Below are positions 40,201 through 55,200 of a stretch of DNA of 64,000 bases, one piece after another. The position numbers were made by a program, and so were the translations under genes. Each line of letters starts with the position of its first letter. The first letter of the stretch is position 1. Origin of the DNA: an uncultured bacterium (GTDB lineage: Bacteria; Hydrothermota; UBA3073; NMUJ01; CBEVQO01); assembly GCA_965552055.1 (NCBI GenBank), contig CBEVQO010000002.1, forward strand, positions 256,001 to 320,000. Direction: 5' to 3'. The notes beneath the pieces were generated by a model. It searched no databases. It saw only the letters and a program-made list of their open reading frames with translations, and was not told the DNA's origin.

Positions 40201-43200
40201 AATTATTTATACTCGTTATAGTTGGTGTTACTCCATTTGCACTGAATTTTCCGCCATTTTCGATAAACAATGTATCTGCTACTTTAAGTGTACAACTGCC
40301 ACTAAGCTGTAAGAGACCTCCGGAATTCACAATTATGTAAGAGTTAGCACTGACAACAGAGCTATTGAGTGTTAAAATACTATCAACAATTATCGAATCT
40401 CTAATAGTGTGTCTTCTATTCACGAAATCAAATTTCCCTTTCTTAATCCACAATTTTCCATCTATTTGAGTGCCTGTCTTTGTAACAACCTGTGTTCCTG
40501 AATCTATTATCACATCATAGAAATTATTTGTCGATTTCTGATATATTTCCTGATTTTCTCCGCAAAGTATAATTTCACCTGCTGATGGCGTAAATGTACC
40601 GAGAGTATCATTCCAGTTACCCTTCACATAGTGCGTGTAAGTACCTGGCACAAATTCTCCTGCTTCTATTACAAAATCTCCATATATCCTTAGTGAACTC
40701 TGTGCTGTCACTGTTCCGGTTGATTTCACAATCACACTATAGAAATTATTCTGGGTCAATTGTGTAATATTTTGGGATGTTCCTGCAAATATTATCTTTC
40801 CTCCCGTTGGTCTAAATGTGCATCCTGTTTCTATCCAATCACCTTTTACCGTATGAGTAAATGTATCTGGGACAAATATACCCGATGCAAGCTCTATATC
40901 TCCATAAATCCGTAATTTAGATAGTGCTTTTAAAGTATCTGTTTTTTCAATCTTTATATCGTAGAAATTATTCCCATTGCCCAATTTGACTGTAGATTTG
41001 CTTCCCAAGAAGATAACCTTACCCGATGTAGGTGCAAATGTACCTGATACTGTATTCCAATCACCGTAAATCCTGTGAGTATAACTGCCAGGTATAAACT
41101 CTCCTGATAAAAGTGTTAAATCTCCTTTAATTACTAAACTATCAAGTGCGGTTACAGATGCAGTTGGCGCCATACTCAAATTATAAAGATAATTTCCTGT
41201 GCCTAATTTTATCTGCTGCGCACCTCCTGCAAGATAAACAGTACCATCATCTGCTTTGAATTCGCCTCCTGAAGCATCAAAATCACCCCGTACTTCAAGG
41301 ACATTATCGGACGGTATAAAGACTCCCGATTTTACAGTAAAATCATTTTTTACAAAGATATCTGTCTTCTGCCATATTGTATCGCCATCGATCTCAAGAT
41401 TTATGAAATAGTTACTTGCTTTTTGCCATATTTCACCTTTTCCTGTTAAGACTATTTTTCCGCCAACCGGATTGAATGTCCCTCCCGTATCCACCCAATC
41501 ACCACCAATATAATGCGTAAAACTACCTGCAATAAATTTACCTTTATTTATTACAAAATCACCATGCACATGTAAAGAATCAAAAGCTTCCACACTTGTA
41601 AGGCAATTTATCTCGACATTATTAAAGTAGTTTGTCTGACTTGAGGTGATTTTCTGATAATTTCCTGTAAACTTTATTTTTCCTCCTGTTTGATGAAATG
41701 TTCCCAATACATCACTCCAATCGCCTTTAACTTCATGGGTAAAGGTATCTGGATTGAATGTACCTGTTATCGTTATATCCCCATAGATCTTCAGCGGTGT
41801 TTTTGCAGTTACAGTACCTGCTATTTTAATATTTGCAAAGTTATTATCTTGTGCCTGCCATATTTCTGAATTACCGGTAAATCTTATTTCACCACTTGTA
41901 GCTGTAAATGTTCCTCCTGTATCTATCCAGTTTCCTTCAACATAATGGATATAACTTGCTGGTGAAAATTCGCCTTTCAGCAACACAAAATCGCCTTTTA
42001 TATTAATCGGTGACTGACATAGCACTTTTCCCGAATTCTTATTAATCGTTAAATTATAGAAGTAACTTTGCGGTGTTAGATTTATTACCTGCTGGTAATC
42101 TCCACAGAATATTATTTCACCTGAATCTGCATAGAGTGTTCCATTTACTATTAAATCTCCTTTTAAATACAGTTTAAATGTATCACAATGTAAATAAGCG
42201 CTATCGTCTATTCTAAGGGACATGCAATATGCATTCGTATCGAGGTATGGGAATCTAACAGCAGTATCTGGTATTACGACATCTTCTGTATCCGTAGGCA
42301 CTCCTGGTGGCGACCAGTTATTGGGATTGCTCCATAAACTATCAACATCTCCCTGCCATACTCTCTGCGCAATCCAGTAAATGTGAGCTTTATTAACCTC
42401 TTCATCATAACTCTCACCTGCTTTTGCACCCGAATAATTTACCATATAAATCACTGTAGAATCTCCACCACCATCTGCATAAACATTCACACTGCAAGAT
42501 GCATCAAAATAACAACCTGTGAAGTTTTGAATAAATAGACCTTTCCTGTAAATTTGCAGATGTTTCCCTTTATTACCCACTTTCTCAAAACTCACATTAT
42601 TCAAACTAATTATTTCTGCAAGTGTGTCAATATAGAATCCATCACTATCCGCATATGAGAATTTCAATCTTTCACAATTTAATTTTCCTGAAAATCTAAA
42701 TGAAAAGCGATTCAATGTATCGAGTGCAGTTATTTGCGGTGTCAAACCTGTAAACTCACAATAAGAACCTTCCTGCGCCTTAAATGTTTCTCCTACTTTC
42801 AAAATAGATGCTCCCTGCATTATTAAAGTATCATTAATCACAATATATTTTCCTCTCAATTCTCCGCCTGTCATCTTTAAATTGCCGGAAATTATCACAC
42901 TATCTTCAACTGTATGTACTCCTGTTTGTATATCAAGTTCTCCTGTGAGTAACTTTAATTTTGAATTTATTTTAAGACCGGTTAATGGAGTAACTTTTTG
43001 AGAGTTTAATGTCAGGTTGTAGAAATTGTTTTGCGAAGATGTGATAATTTCTATGGTATCACCTTCAAATTTTATCTCACCTGCTGTTGGATTAAATTTA
43101 CCATTTTGGTCGTTCCAATTACCTTCGATTATATGAGTAAATGCCCCGGGTTCAAATCTTCCACCGCTTATTGTGATATCGCCCTTCACTCTAATAGGCG

Positions 43201-46200
43201 TTTCTGCTATTATCGTATCTGTAAGGTTTGGAGTTATATCAAGATTTGCAAAGTAATTATTTTCACCCTGATAAATTTTTGATGTTCTTCCTGTTAATAC
43301 AATTTTACCATCTGTAGGCTGGAAAACCCCTCCTGTATCAATCCAGTTACCTTCAACAGTATGAGTATAACTACCTGCATAAAATGTTCCTTTCTTCAGT
43401 ATGAAGTCTCCTTTTAATGTAAGAGCAGAAGATGCTGTTAACTGAGATAAATTCTTTTCTATTATAATTGTATTGAAGTAATTACCATTTGCTAATTCTA
43501 CCTGCGCAGAAGCATCCCCTCTAAATACAAATTTGCCGGAGTCAGCCGTAAAGACCCCTTGAGATGTAAAGTTTCCATAAACGATATGGGTATAACTCCC
43601 GGGATTTAAACTTCCAGACTCTATCGTAAGATTACCTTCACAGATGATTGATGATTTTAAGTAAGTATTGGATGTTTTAATTGTGAAATTCTGGAATCTA
43701 TTTTTAACAGTATCCTGTAGCACATTTGATACACTTCCTGTAAACCAGACATCAGCATTTGCTGGGAATACAACCACTCCTCCTGTGTCAATCCAGTCTG
43801 CTCCTACTTTAATAAGCGAAGGTGCATCAAATACCCCGGAATTCAAAACAAAATCTCCTTTAAGGGTTATATTTGTTTTTGCACTCAAAGTATCCTGAAC
43901 TTTTATTTCAATATTTGCAAAGTAATTATTTGCGCCTTGCCATATTTCTCCTTCTTTACCGTCGAACAATATCTTTCCTTCTTCTGCTGTAAATACCCCT
44001 CCCGTATCAATCCAGTCACCCCGCACCGTATGGGTGTAAGAACCTGCTTCAAATATACCCGAAGATAACATGAAATCACCGTAAATTTTCAATGCACTCT
44101 GTGCAAATACGGTATCACTTGCTCTAATTTCAAGATTAGCAAAGTTATTATTTGAACCTTGAATTATCTTAAATTTATTTCCATCCAGTATTATCTTCCC
44201 AGAATCTTGTGTAAATATAACTGCTGTATCAACCCAATCACCTGCTATCTCGTGCACATAACCCCACGGCTCTATCACTCCTGATAACATGTAAAGCGCA
44301 CCATTAACATCTATAGGCGAATCAAAGTAGACACTATCTGCATTTATTTCCATCTCGTAGAAGTAATTATCTGCATCCGTCAAAATGTGTTGCACTGCTC
44401 CATTGAACACAATTTTGCCTGCAGAAGGTCTAAATATACCTCCAGTATCCACCCAGTCACCTTTTACATAATGAGTATAAGATGAAGGCTCAAATCCTCC
44501 TTTATAAATCATAAAATCACCTTCTATTGTCAATCCATCTTGTGCAATTAATTCCCCGCCTGTGCTATTTATTATTATCTTATCAAATGCGCTTAAACCA
44601 CCCTTTACATATTGGTCGCTTCCACCATTAAATACAACATCAGAACCTCCGTGAATAAAATTACCGTCATTTATCCAGTCACCTCCAACATAAATCGTAT
44701 ACCCTTTTCCTTTCAATGTTTGCTTGATGTGTAAATCATTCATGCATATCAGCTCAGCATTCAGACTGTCTATTGCATTTATTACAAGGTTATAAAATGT
44801 ATCCTGTGGTAATGTCATATCTGCAAGAAACTCAACCGTGCTTTGCTCATAATGGAATTTACCGGAATTATTCCAGCTATAAACCTGTATCAAGGTATTT
44901 GTTCCTCCATGGAAATCTGCATTTGTGCCTATTATGAAATTATTTGTAATTTTCAAAGTATCGCCATAATTTACACTTACATTTGAATTATCCGCAAACT
45001 TCAAATTATAGAATGTGCATTTGCCTGAAATTACCCCTGTTGACTCTATTACAACCCATCCACCTGTATGGTTGAATACGCCATCATTTGTAAAGTCATT
45101 CCATACAAACAATGTTCCATCTGATAAATCAAATTGACCTTTAATTGTAAAATCACCCTGCACATGTAATATTTTATCCGAATTCATTGTAAGCTTTGCT
45201 CCACTCTTTATCAACACTCCTGCACATGTATCTGTGATATTTAAAATTGGATAATTATTATTCGCATTTGCTGGTATTATTACGAGTTCTGTATCTACAG
45301 GTGGTCTTCCTAATGACCAGTTTTTGGCATTGTGACTCGCAGGCAGACCAGCAGCTACTGCATCCCACCAGCTGCTATTTGTTCCTCCAACCCACACATC
45401 TGCACTCGTCCATTCAATATTGGCACCATTAACTTCATGATCATAGTTTTCACCCGCTTTACTTCCGCTTGCTCCACTCATTATTATATCAACATTATTA
45501 CCACCACCGTCAGCATAAACATTTGTATCACAGTATTGATCATAAGAATGCAAACTAAATGTAGCGTTAAAATCAGCATTTCTATAAATTTGCATATAAA
45601 CTCTATGTCCCGTGCCTCTTTGATTTGTAAACTTTACTTCATCTAACCTCGTAATCTGTGCCTGATTATAAATACATAAGCCTCCTGTATCTATATAAGA
45701 TATGGTTAAACCATCTATTTCGAGTTCTCCATAGACATTGAAATCAAAGGGTTTTGTTGTATCTTTTGCAGTAATTTCCGGAGAACCCGAAGTAAATATC
45801 TTTCCTCCATTTGCAATGTAAAGTTGTGTTCCCAGCTTCAATGCCGGGCTTCCTATTAATTTAAGCACCCCTCCTGATTGCACATTAAGCCCTGTTCCTA
45901 CTTCAAGTACAGATGTACCAAGATCAAGCGTTCCATAAACATTTACACCGGAAGCTACTTTATGTGTTAACCCATCTGAAAGATATAGTTCACCTGCGTT
46001 TATCAGCAATGCTCCATTTATATTAAGACCATCTTCCGCTGTTGCTACTCCTGTAACATCTATTGTTAAATTATAGAAGTTATTTGTCGCAGATGTATAA
46101 ATGTGCGGATTTTCACCATTAAGAATTATTGTCCCACCTGTAGGTTTAAATACTCCTCCTTTATCATACCAATCACCGCCTATTTCATGAGTAAAGTTAC

Positions 46201-49200
46201 CGGGTATAAATGTTCCTGACAATATTGCAAAGTACCCTTCTGTTTTCAGTGCTGTCATAGCCCATACAGTATCCGAAGGGTTTATTTTCACATTGTTGAA
46301 ATGATTACCAATTTTTGCATAAATCTTCTGTTTCGTTCCATCAAATATTATGGTCGAAGTTGTATCTATAAATATTCCTCCGGTATCTGCCCAGTTGCCT
46401 CCAATTCTATGAGTATATGCATTTGGTACAAATTCACCGGATAAAATCACAAAATCGCCATTTATATCCAGTGAATCTGCTGCTATAAGTTTATTTGTAA
46501 CCTCACATATTACATTATTGAAGTAATTACCTGCCTTTGTATTTATCTGCTGTGTAACTCCGTCAAAAATTATTGTTCCTGATATTTGATTAAATATTCC
46601 TCCCTCATCATCCCAATCACCTGCCACCCGATGCGTGAAACTACCAGGGTTAAATGTACCTGTTATTGTAATATCGCCATCAACATTTATAGAAGTATAT
46701 GCCGTTATGTTTCCAGAAATCGTAAGATTATAAAAGTTATTACCTGTACCCTGATAAATACCTTTATTAACACCGGAAAGTATTATCTCGCCTTCCTGTG
46801 CTTTAAACTCTCCGAGAGTATCAATCCAGTTACCATTAACTGTGTGAGTATAATCACCCGGTATGAATTTTCCTTTGATTTCAACATCGCCATTTATTTG
46901 CAGATTACTTTTTGCGATCGCTGTTCCTTCACATACAAAATCGTTGAAAATTTCATCATCTGTATAAATTTGTGATGAATCAATGAAGATAACCTTACCT
47001 GCATCTTGTTTAAAGTATCCGCCTATTGCATAAAAATCACCGCCTATTCTGTGGGTATAAGATTGAGCATAATAAACTCCCTGCAATATTTTAAAATCAC
47101 CCATAATCTTTATAGAATCAAGTGCTGTAACGGTATCATTTGCCTGTATCACTAAATTGTTGAAGTAATCATTTGCACTAACATTTATTTGTTGCTTATT
47201 ACCTGCAAATATCACAGTTCCCGTTAAATCCTGTATTACACCTGTTTCGGAATCCCAGTTGCCCTCTACCTGCAATTCGAAAGTATCGAGTATTAATTGA
47301 CCCGATGTAATTTTGACATCTCCTTTTACAACTACATCTGTTTGTAATGTTAAATTATTATCAACATCTATTTCTATATTATGGAAGTAATTTCCTTCTT
47401 TCTGTTTGATAACTGCATTTTGTCCGTTAAACAATATTTTTCCGGAAGTCGGTCTGAAAGTTCCATTTATTTCATACCATCCACCACCTACTATATGTGT
47501 GTAAACACCTGGTATGAATTCTCCCGATTTCAATGTAATATTGTTCTTTATAATTATTGGACCACCTGCTGTTATGCTTCCTGTTTGCTTATTGATAACA
47601 AGGTTGTAAAATTCTCCTGAATCTCCGAGTGCTATTTGATTTGCAAGTCCTGTAAATTCTATAGTCCCGTCACCTGCATCAAATCTTCCCATATTATGCA
47701 TATTTCCTTTTATAACGAGAGTATAGGAACCTCCGGGTCCTTCTTTAAATCTTGCACCTGTTTCGATGTTTAAGGAAGCAATTGTATCATCCATATCAAG
47801 AACAGGGTAATTTGTAAGTCCTCCTGGTATTACCACATCTTCTGTATCTGCTGGCAGACCAACTGGATCCCAGTTAAACGGATTACTCCACAAAGTATCT
47901 TGCGCCCCTGTCCATACTTTCTTTATCATCCAGATAATTTCTGCACCATTGACTTCCTCATCGTAATCTTCACCTCCCTTGGGACCAGAATAATCTGAGA
48001 AAATTAACCTTACCGAATTACCATAACCATTTGCATAAACATTTGTATCACATGAAGCATCAAAGGAGCAGCCAAGAAATTCTTTCTCAAAATCGGCATT
48101 TCTATGAATTTGTAAATGCCTGCTCGGATTGCCTCCCGGTTGTACACTCTGGAATGATACATTCGAAAGATCAATTATTGTAGCACTTGTATCAATATAC
48201 ATACCATTGACATCGGCTCCTGAAAATACAAGGCGCAAAACTTCGATTTCTCCTCTTACTTTAAAACTATAATAATTTATTCCATCATTCTGAATTTTAG
48301 GCGTCGTACCGAATGCCTCAAATTTGCCGTCAATCAAAGCCGCTTTTCCTAGCGTAAGTACACATTGATTCTCCATATAAAGGACACCTGTTTCTTTTAT
48401 TATCAAAGAATCACTCACTTTTAACTCACTCTGTCCAAGATGTAATGAATCTTCCGCTATTACCTTGCCATCTACGGTATGGGTTAAAGCATCACCAAGA
48501 TAAAATGTTCCTGAAATTATTCTCAAATTACCTTTTACTGTTATATTTGTCTGCGTTTCTATTCTTCCTGTCCCTTCAATTATTAGATTATTAAAATGAT
48601 TTGTTGCACCCTGATTTATAGTGGCATTTTCTCCTATCAATTTCACTGTTCCTGTAAGGTCTGTAAATGTTCCTCCTGCATCCGACCAGTTACCTCCGCA
48701 TATTACAGTATCTTCTATAGAGAATGTACCCTGTTGCAATGTAAAATCACCACCTATTAAAAGTTTAGTCTTCGCAGTAGCAACTCCAGATACATTAATT
48801 GTCAAATTGTTGAATTTATTACCTTCTTTCTGATAAATAACAGGTGATATTCCATCAAGCACCACACCACCTTCTGTTTGCACAAACTCACATAGAGTAT
48901 CGACCCAATCACTCGCAATATAGTGAGTATAAGCACCAGGAAGTATAACACCCGATTTCATCACAAAGTCACCATTTACATCTATCTGTGACTTAAATTC
49001 AACAGTATCTGTGCTGCCTACATCTATCACAAGATTCCATAGCTTGCTACCTGTATTTAATTGTAAATCTTTTGTGCTTCCTTGCAAAATTACTGTCGCT
49101 GCATCAAAGTCAGTATTTCCTCCTGCTTCTATCCAATCACCATCCACCCATAAAGTACATGCTACGGCATCTTTCAAATATCCACTCTGCAAAGTAAAGT

Positions 49201-52200
49201 TATTTACTTTTATATTTGTCTCAAGATTAACTACACTTCCGGTATTTATGGTGAGATTTGCGAAATTGTTATTTGCACCCTGTTTTATGTATATGGTATC
49301 TGCATCATCAAGCACTATCTCACCCTGTGATGGTTTAAATGTACACAATGCATCATCCCAGTTGCCACAAATGTAATGAGTGTAAGCACCCGGAATTATT
49401 ACACCATTTTGCATTATAAATTCAGAGTTTACATCGATAGATGACGCAAATTCAACTGTATCCTGAGCATTTTGTAACGCAATTTTTAGCTTATAGAAAT
49501 TATTCCCTGTTCCTTGCTTTATTTGTTGTTTGCCTGTTCCACATATCACTATCATTCCGGAATCCGGTGTAAACACTCCTCCTGCATCATCCCAATTACC
49601 CTTCACATAATGAGTAAAGTTACCGGGATTAAATTCTCCTTGCCTCAATTTAAAATCTGTAACCGTGATTGATGTCTTCGCATAAAGAACACCTCCTGTC
49701 TTATCAACAATTAATTTATTGAATGTTATTGCATTCCCTTTTATCTCTTGATTTCCTGTGCCATTAAAAATCACTATTCCAGAACCTGCATCAAAACTTC
49801 CATTGTTCATGAAATCACCACCAACATATAATGTACAATTAAGTGCTCTTAATGTCTTTGTTGATAATATCTTCAAATCATTCTTCACCACAAGCTTCGT
49901 ATAAGGTATCTTCGCATTAGCACCTATTGTGAGATTGTAAAATACTTCATTTGGCACTATTGTATCCCTAACGATAACTTCACCTGTTTGGCAATCAAAT
50001 GTTCCACCTGAATTGTTCCAACCTTTTACATCAAATACTGCGTTGTTTCCTCCATAAAATGTAGCTCCTGACAATAAGTTAAAACTATTTGTTACTTTTA
50101 CTGTTTCGCCATCTGCGATACCAACACCTGCTCCTGTGATTTTTATATTTAAAAATGTAGTACTCCATATCTTTGCGTTGGCACCATAAAATTCAACTAA
50201 ACCGCTTCGCTGATCAAATACTCCTCCCATATTTTTCCAGTTGCCTCCTACTCTTATCACACTATTCGAATCTTGCACAATCTTCGCACCGGATTTTAAT
50301 TCAACATCTCCTGATACATTCAAAGTACATACAGTATCTACATATAGCATTGTTGAAGAAAGTAAAAGTATTGATGCACATTCTGCGTGCAAAGTGTCAA
50401 CATGTGGATATACAGACCTTTGAGGTATTAGGACTTTATCGTTGAGTTTAGGAATATCGTCCGGTGGATCCCAGTTATGCGCTTTGCTCCATCTCCAGTG
50501 AGTACCTGCTGGCCAGGGGGCACCCGTACCTCCAACCCACACTTTACCCATTGTCCACAAAACAGCACCTCCATTTGTCTCCTCATCATACGCTTCTCCA
50601 GCTCCACTACCAGCATAATAGAAAACTTTTAACTTTGCTACAGTATCCGTAGTGGATACACCACCATCTATGTGAATATTAACATCACCTGCATAAACGG
50701 TATCATAATAGTGGTCATAAATAGTTTTATCAAAAGTACCACTTCTATAAATTTGCAGAAATCTATCGGTACCTGCTGTGCGCTGTAAACTATCAAATCG
50801 AACACTCGAAAGATCTGTCAATGTTGCTGCTGGATAAATGTATAAACCATTTGAATTTAAGTATCTGAAAATTGCACCTTCAACATCAATTTCACCTTTT
50901 ACTCCAAAGCCATAATATTGTCCTGAATTTCGATGTGTTATCAATGGCTGAGCATTTCCTACGCTTCTCGTTACAAATTTACCTGTTGATGCAACTTCTA
51001 TCCCTTTTACCAGCTGTAACTGTGCTGCTCCTTCCATTTTCATTAAACCTGCAACTATCACAGTATCCGCTGCTATGCCTCCGCCAGAATTTTTCATCAC
51101 CACACCACCTGATTGTCCTATTTCCATTTTGCCCGTTAGTAAACCTTTTGAATTGAGTATTAAAACACCCGATTTTACTTTTGTACTGTCAAGAACCATC
51201 AAATTACTTTGTGCCTTTACTGTATCACTTTCTATCACAAGTAGATACAAAGTATCTGTCCCAATGTCTATATTCTGTACCTCTCCGTTCAAAATAATTT
51301 TACTATTTTTCACAAGAAGCTTTCCATCTGCTGATTTAAAATCACCTTTTATTCTGTGAGTAAAGTTACCTCCATCGAATACACCTTGCTGATAGATCCA
51401 AAACATTCCATGAATATTCAGAGAATCTTGCGCTTTTATAGTATCGGATGTGCTTATTCCAAAGTTATAGAAGTAATTGCCTGTCCCAAGGTAAATATTT
51501 GATTTTCCGGGAAAACCAATCCAACCTGAAGTCGCATGGAAAATACCTCCTCTACTATCCCAATCTCCATAAACTTTCATTACTGTTTGAGGCGGAATAA
51601 ACTCACCTTGTGTTATAACAAAGTTACCTTTCACAATTATTCCTGTGTTTGCTTTCTTCGAATAAGCAGTATTTATCTCAAGATTATAAAAGGCATTCTT
51701 GGTTGTATCCTGATAAATAGAGTCAGCATATCCATCAAGTACTATTTTGCCAGAAGAAGGATTGAATACACCTCCCAAATCCCACCATGTACCGCCTATA
51801 TAGTGAGTATAAGAATCAGGATAAAATACGCCCGAAAGTATCTTAAAGTAACCATCAACATTTAATGAAGATTGAGCTTTTAATGAATCTTCTACTTCTA
51901 CCTTCACATTGTAAAAGTTATTTCCACTACCTGTTTTAACATCTTGTTTTATCCCTGTGAAATGCACGATCCCTGATGTCGGCGTAAATGTACCACCGGT
52001 ATCCACCCAGTCACCTTTTATCTCTATGTAGCTACCGGGTACAAAACTGCCTGATGAAAGAGTAAAGTCACCAAAAATTTTCAAAGGAGTAAGCGCCTGA
52101 CAATTTGAAGATATCTTCAGGTTATAAAAGTTATTCTTTGAAGTGTCTTGATATATTACCTGAATTCCTGTTCCATTAAATACGATTTCTCCAGACGATG

Positions 52201-55200
52201 GTGCAAACTTACCCTGCCTATCATCCCAATTTCCTTCTATGTAATGTGTGTAAGACTGAGGAATAAATTCTCCACCCAAAATTGTAAAATCACCTGTGAT
52301 CTTTAAAGAAGTTTGTGCTACTACACAATTTGTAACATTTATTTCAACATCAGCAAATTGATTATTCGCACCTTGCCATACATTTGAAGAATCACCATCA
52401 AATACAAACTTGCCAGAAGTTAATAATCTTCCTCCAGTATCATCGTAATCACCACCTACTCTATGTGTATAACTTCCGGCATCGTAACATCCTCCTTGTA
52501 TCTCAAAGTTTCCTTTCACAGTAATATCCGAAAGCGCCCATACTGTATCTGACACATTTATAACAAGATTGTTGAAGTAATCTCCTGTTAATAGTGTTAT
52601 CCTTTGTGTATCTCCATCGAAGATAAAAGTACCTGCATCTGCCCTAAACACTCCACTTATATTTTCAAAGTCGCCAGCTATTGTATGAGTAAAAGATTGG
52701 GGGTCAAATTCACCTTCCCTTATTCTTAACTTACCATCTATATCGAGCGAAGAATAGGCAACAACTTTCCCTGCTAGTTTATAAATATCAAGGTCATAAA
52801 TTGAACTGCTATCCGTTATCTTTATAGATTGATTATATTCACCTCTGAAACATAATTTACCTGTCCCGGGAATCAGCTTACCGTTATCTTCAAAATTACC
52901 AAAGATGTAAAGAACATTTGACTTCAATTTTAACTTTGCACCTGGATTTATCTTTACACTAAAAGCATATCCTGCAACATCAAGCACAGGGTCTCTTATA
53001 GTATCTGGTATTACTACATCTGAAGATTCATCTGGTACTCCTGCTGGCTTCCAGTTATTGGGATTACTCCACAAAGAGTCAACCGCTCCTGTCCAGCGTT
53101 TCTGTATGAGCCATTTTATCTCCGCACCATTTGTCTCTTCATCGTAAGCCTCTCCTGCTTTAGGACCGCTATACCCCGACACAAAAATTTTAACATTACC
53201 ACCTGCACCATCAGCATGGATATTTGTATCACATGTAGCATCAAAATATAAACCTATTAAAGTAACATTGTAAGTCCCTTGCCTATAAATATGCAAATGA
53301 GTGCTCGGATTACCACCAGGTTCAACATTCTCAAAAATAACATTGGAAATATTTTGTATAACTGCTGGCGTATCTATTACCATTCCTTCACTATTAGCAT
53401 AACTGAAATAAAGTTTTGTAATGTTTACAGTTCCCCTTATTTTAAATGAATAGTAAGTTGATGGAGATATGGATGTAACTGTAGGCGCTGCTCCCTCCGA
53501 GATAAACGAACCTGTTTCTCTTATAAGTACTCCTTTTGCTAACCTTAAAATAGAACTACCATAAAGATGCAAAACTCCATCACTCACAAGATTGCCTACC
53601 ACCACTAGATCACTACCTGATACATTAAGCTCACCCGATTGACCAATATAGACGCTATCTTTTAAAGTATCGTAGTAACCTGTTGAAAGATCAAATTCTC
53701 CTGAAACAACTTTTAGTAAACTATCCACTATTAATTTGCTGCTCATTAAAGCTGTACCTGTCACATTTATCGTTAACCTATTAAATTTATTACCCGAACC
53801 AAGATTAATTTGAGGAGATGTGCCTGCAAATACTATTTCGCCAGCTGAAGGAGAAAATGCACCCCCTGATACATCGAAATCTCCTTTTATTGTGTCAACA
53901 TAATTTCCAGGGTCGAAGCTTCCACCGTTTATTATCTTAAAATCGCCAAAAATTCTAAGACTCGTATTTGCTACTGCGTTTCCTCCATCAATTGTTAAAG
54001 AATAGAAATTATTTGTAGATGATGTTGTTATCTGAGGATTTGCTCCGGTTAAAATTATTTCTCCTGCTGTCGGTGTAAACTCAACTTGCGTATCATCCCA
54101 ATTCCCACTTATCCTGTGAGTATATGAACCTGGGTCAAATTTCCCACTTTCAAGATAAAGTGCACCATTCACAGTTATATTACTTAATGCTGTGACAGTA
54201 TTTGTGGGTCTTAAGATTAAATCATTAAAATAGTTGCCCGCACCCTGTGTAATTTGCTGGTTAACTCCACAGAAAACAATGCCTCCTTGAGATGCTTTGA
54301 AAATACCGCCCGCATCAGACCAATCTCCTTTTACAGTATCTCTGTAAGGCGAGGGTATAAATGTTGCATTATTTTGAATTGAAAAATCACCATAAATTGC
54401 AATACAACTTTCAGCTTCTACTGTATCTGCAACAATCCATAAGTTATAAAAATGATTTTGCGGTGAAGTGTAAATATATGTATGTGTGTTTCCACCAAGT
54501 TCAACACGCCCTGCATTTGGCTTAAATTCTCCATTTGTAACATCAAAATTACCTTTCACTTTCAATACATATGATTGTGGGTCAAAATAGGCATTTTCCA
54601 ATGTAAAATCACCATCAATAGTGAGATCGGACAACATTCGAATTGTATCACCCGAAAGCACCTCAAAGTCATAAAAACTATTTGTTGATAACTGTGTTAC
54701 TTTAAACAAAGAATTTGTTGTTGAAATACTTATTTTACCTTGACCATGCTGGAAAGTGCCTGCTTCTTCTAACCACTCTGTTCCCGAAAGATTTATTGTA
54801 TTGCCATTTTGATTGTAAGTGCCATTCTTCAAAACGAATTTTCCTTGAACCGTTATTGAAGTAACCTGGATAACAGTACCTGTTGCATTTATCACAAGAT
54901 CATTTAAATAAGATGTAGCACCTGTAACTTGTAAAGTCTCTACGCTACTTCCTGCAAATATCACACAACCTGTTCCACAATCAAAGTTCACTACCTTAAA
55001 ATCGCCTTTTACTGTCAAAGTCTCATCCTCTGCTCGACAGATACCAGTAGAAGTAACTACAAAATCATTTTCACAGGTTATATCTGTCTTCAAAGTACAC
55101 TCACCTGCTATTTCAAGGTTATAATAGGTCTCATCGGGTACGCCCATATCACCGGCAAGGACGACCGTACCCGTGCCATAATTGAATACACCATTATTTT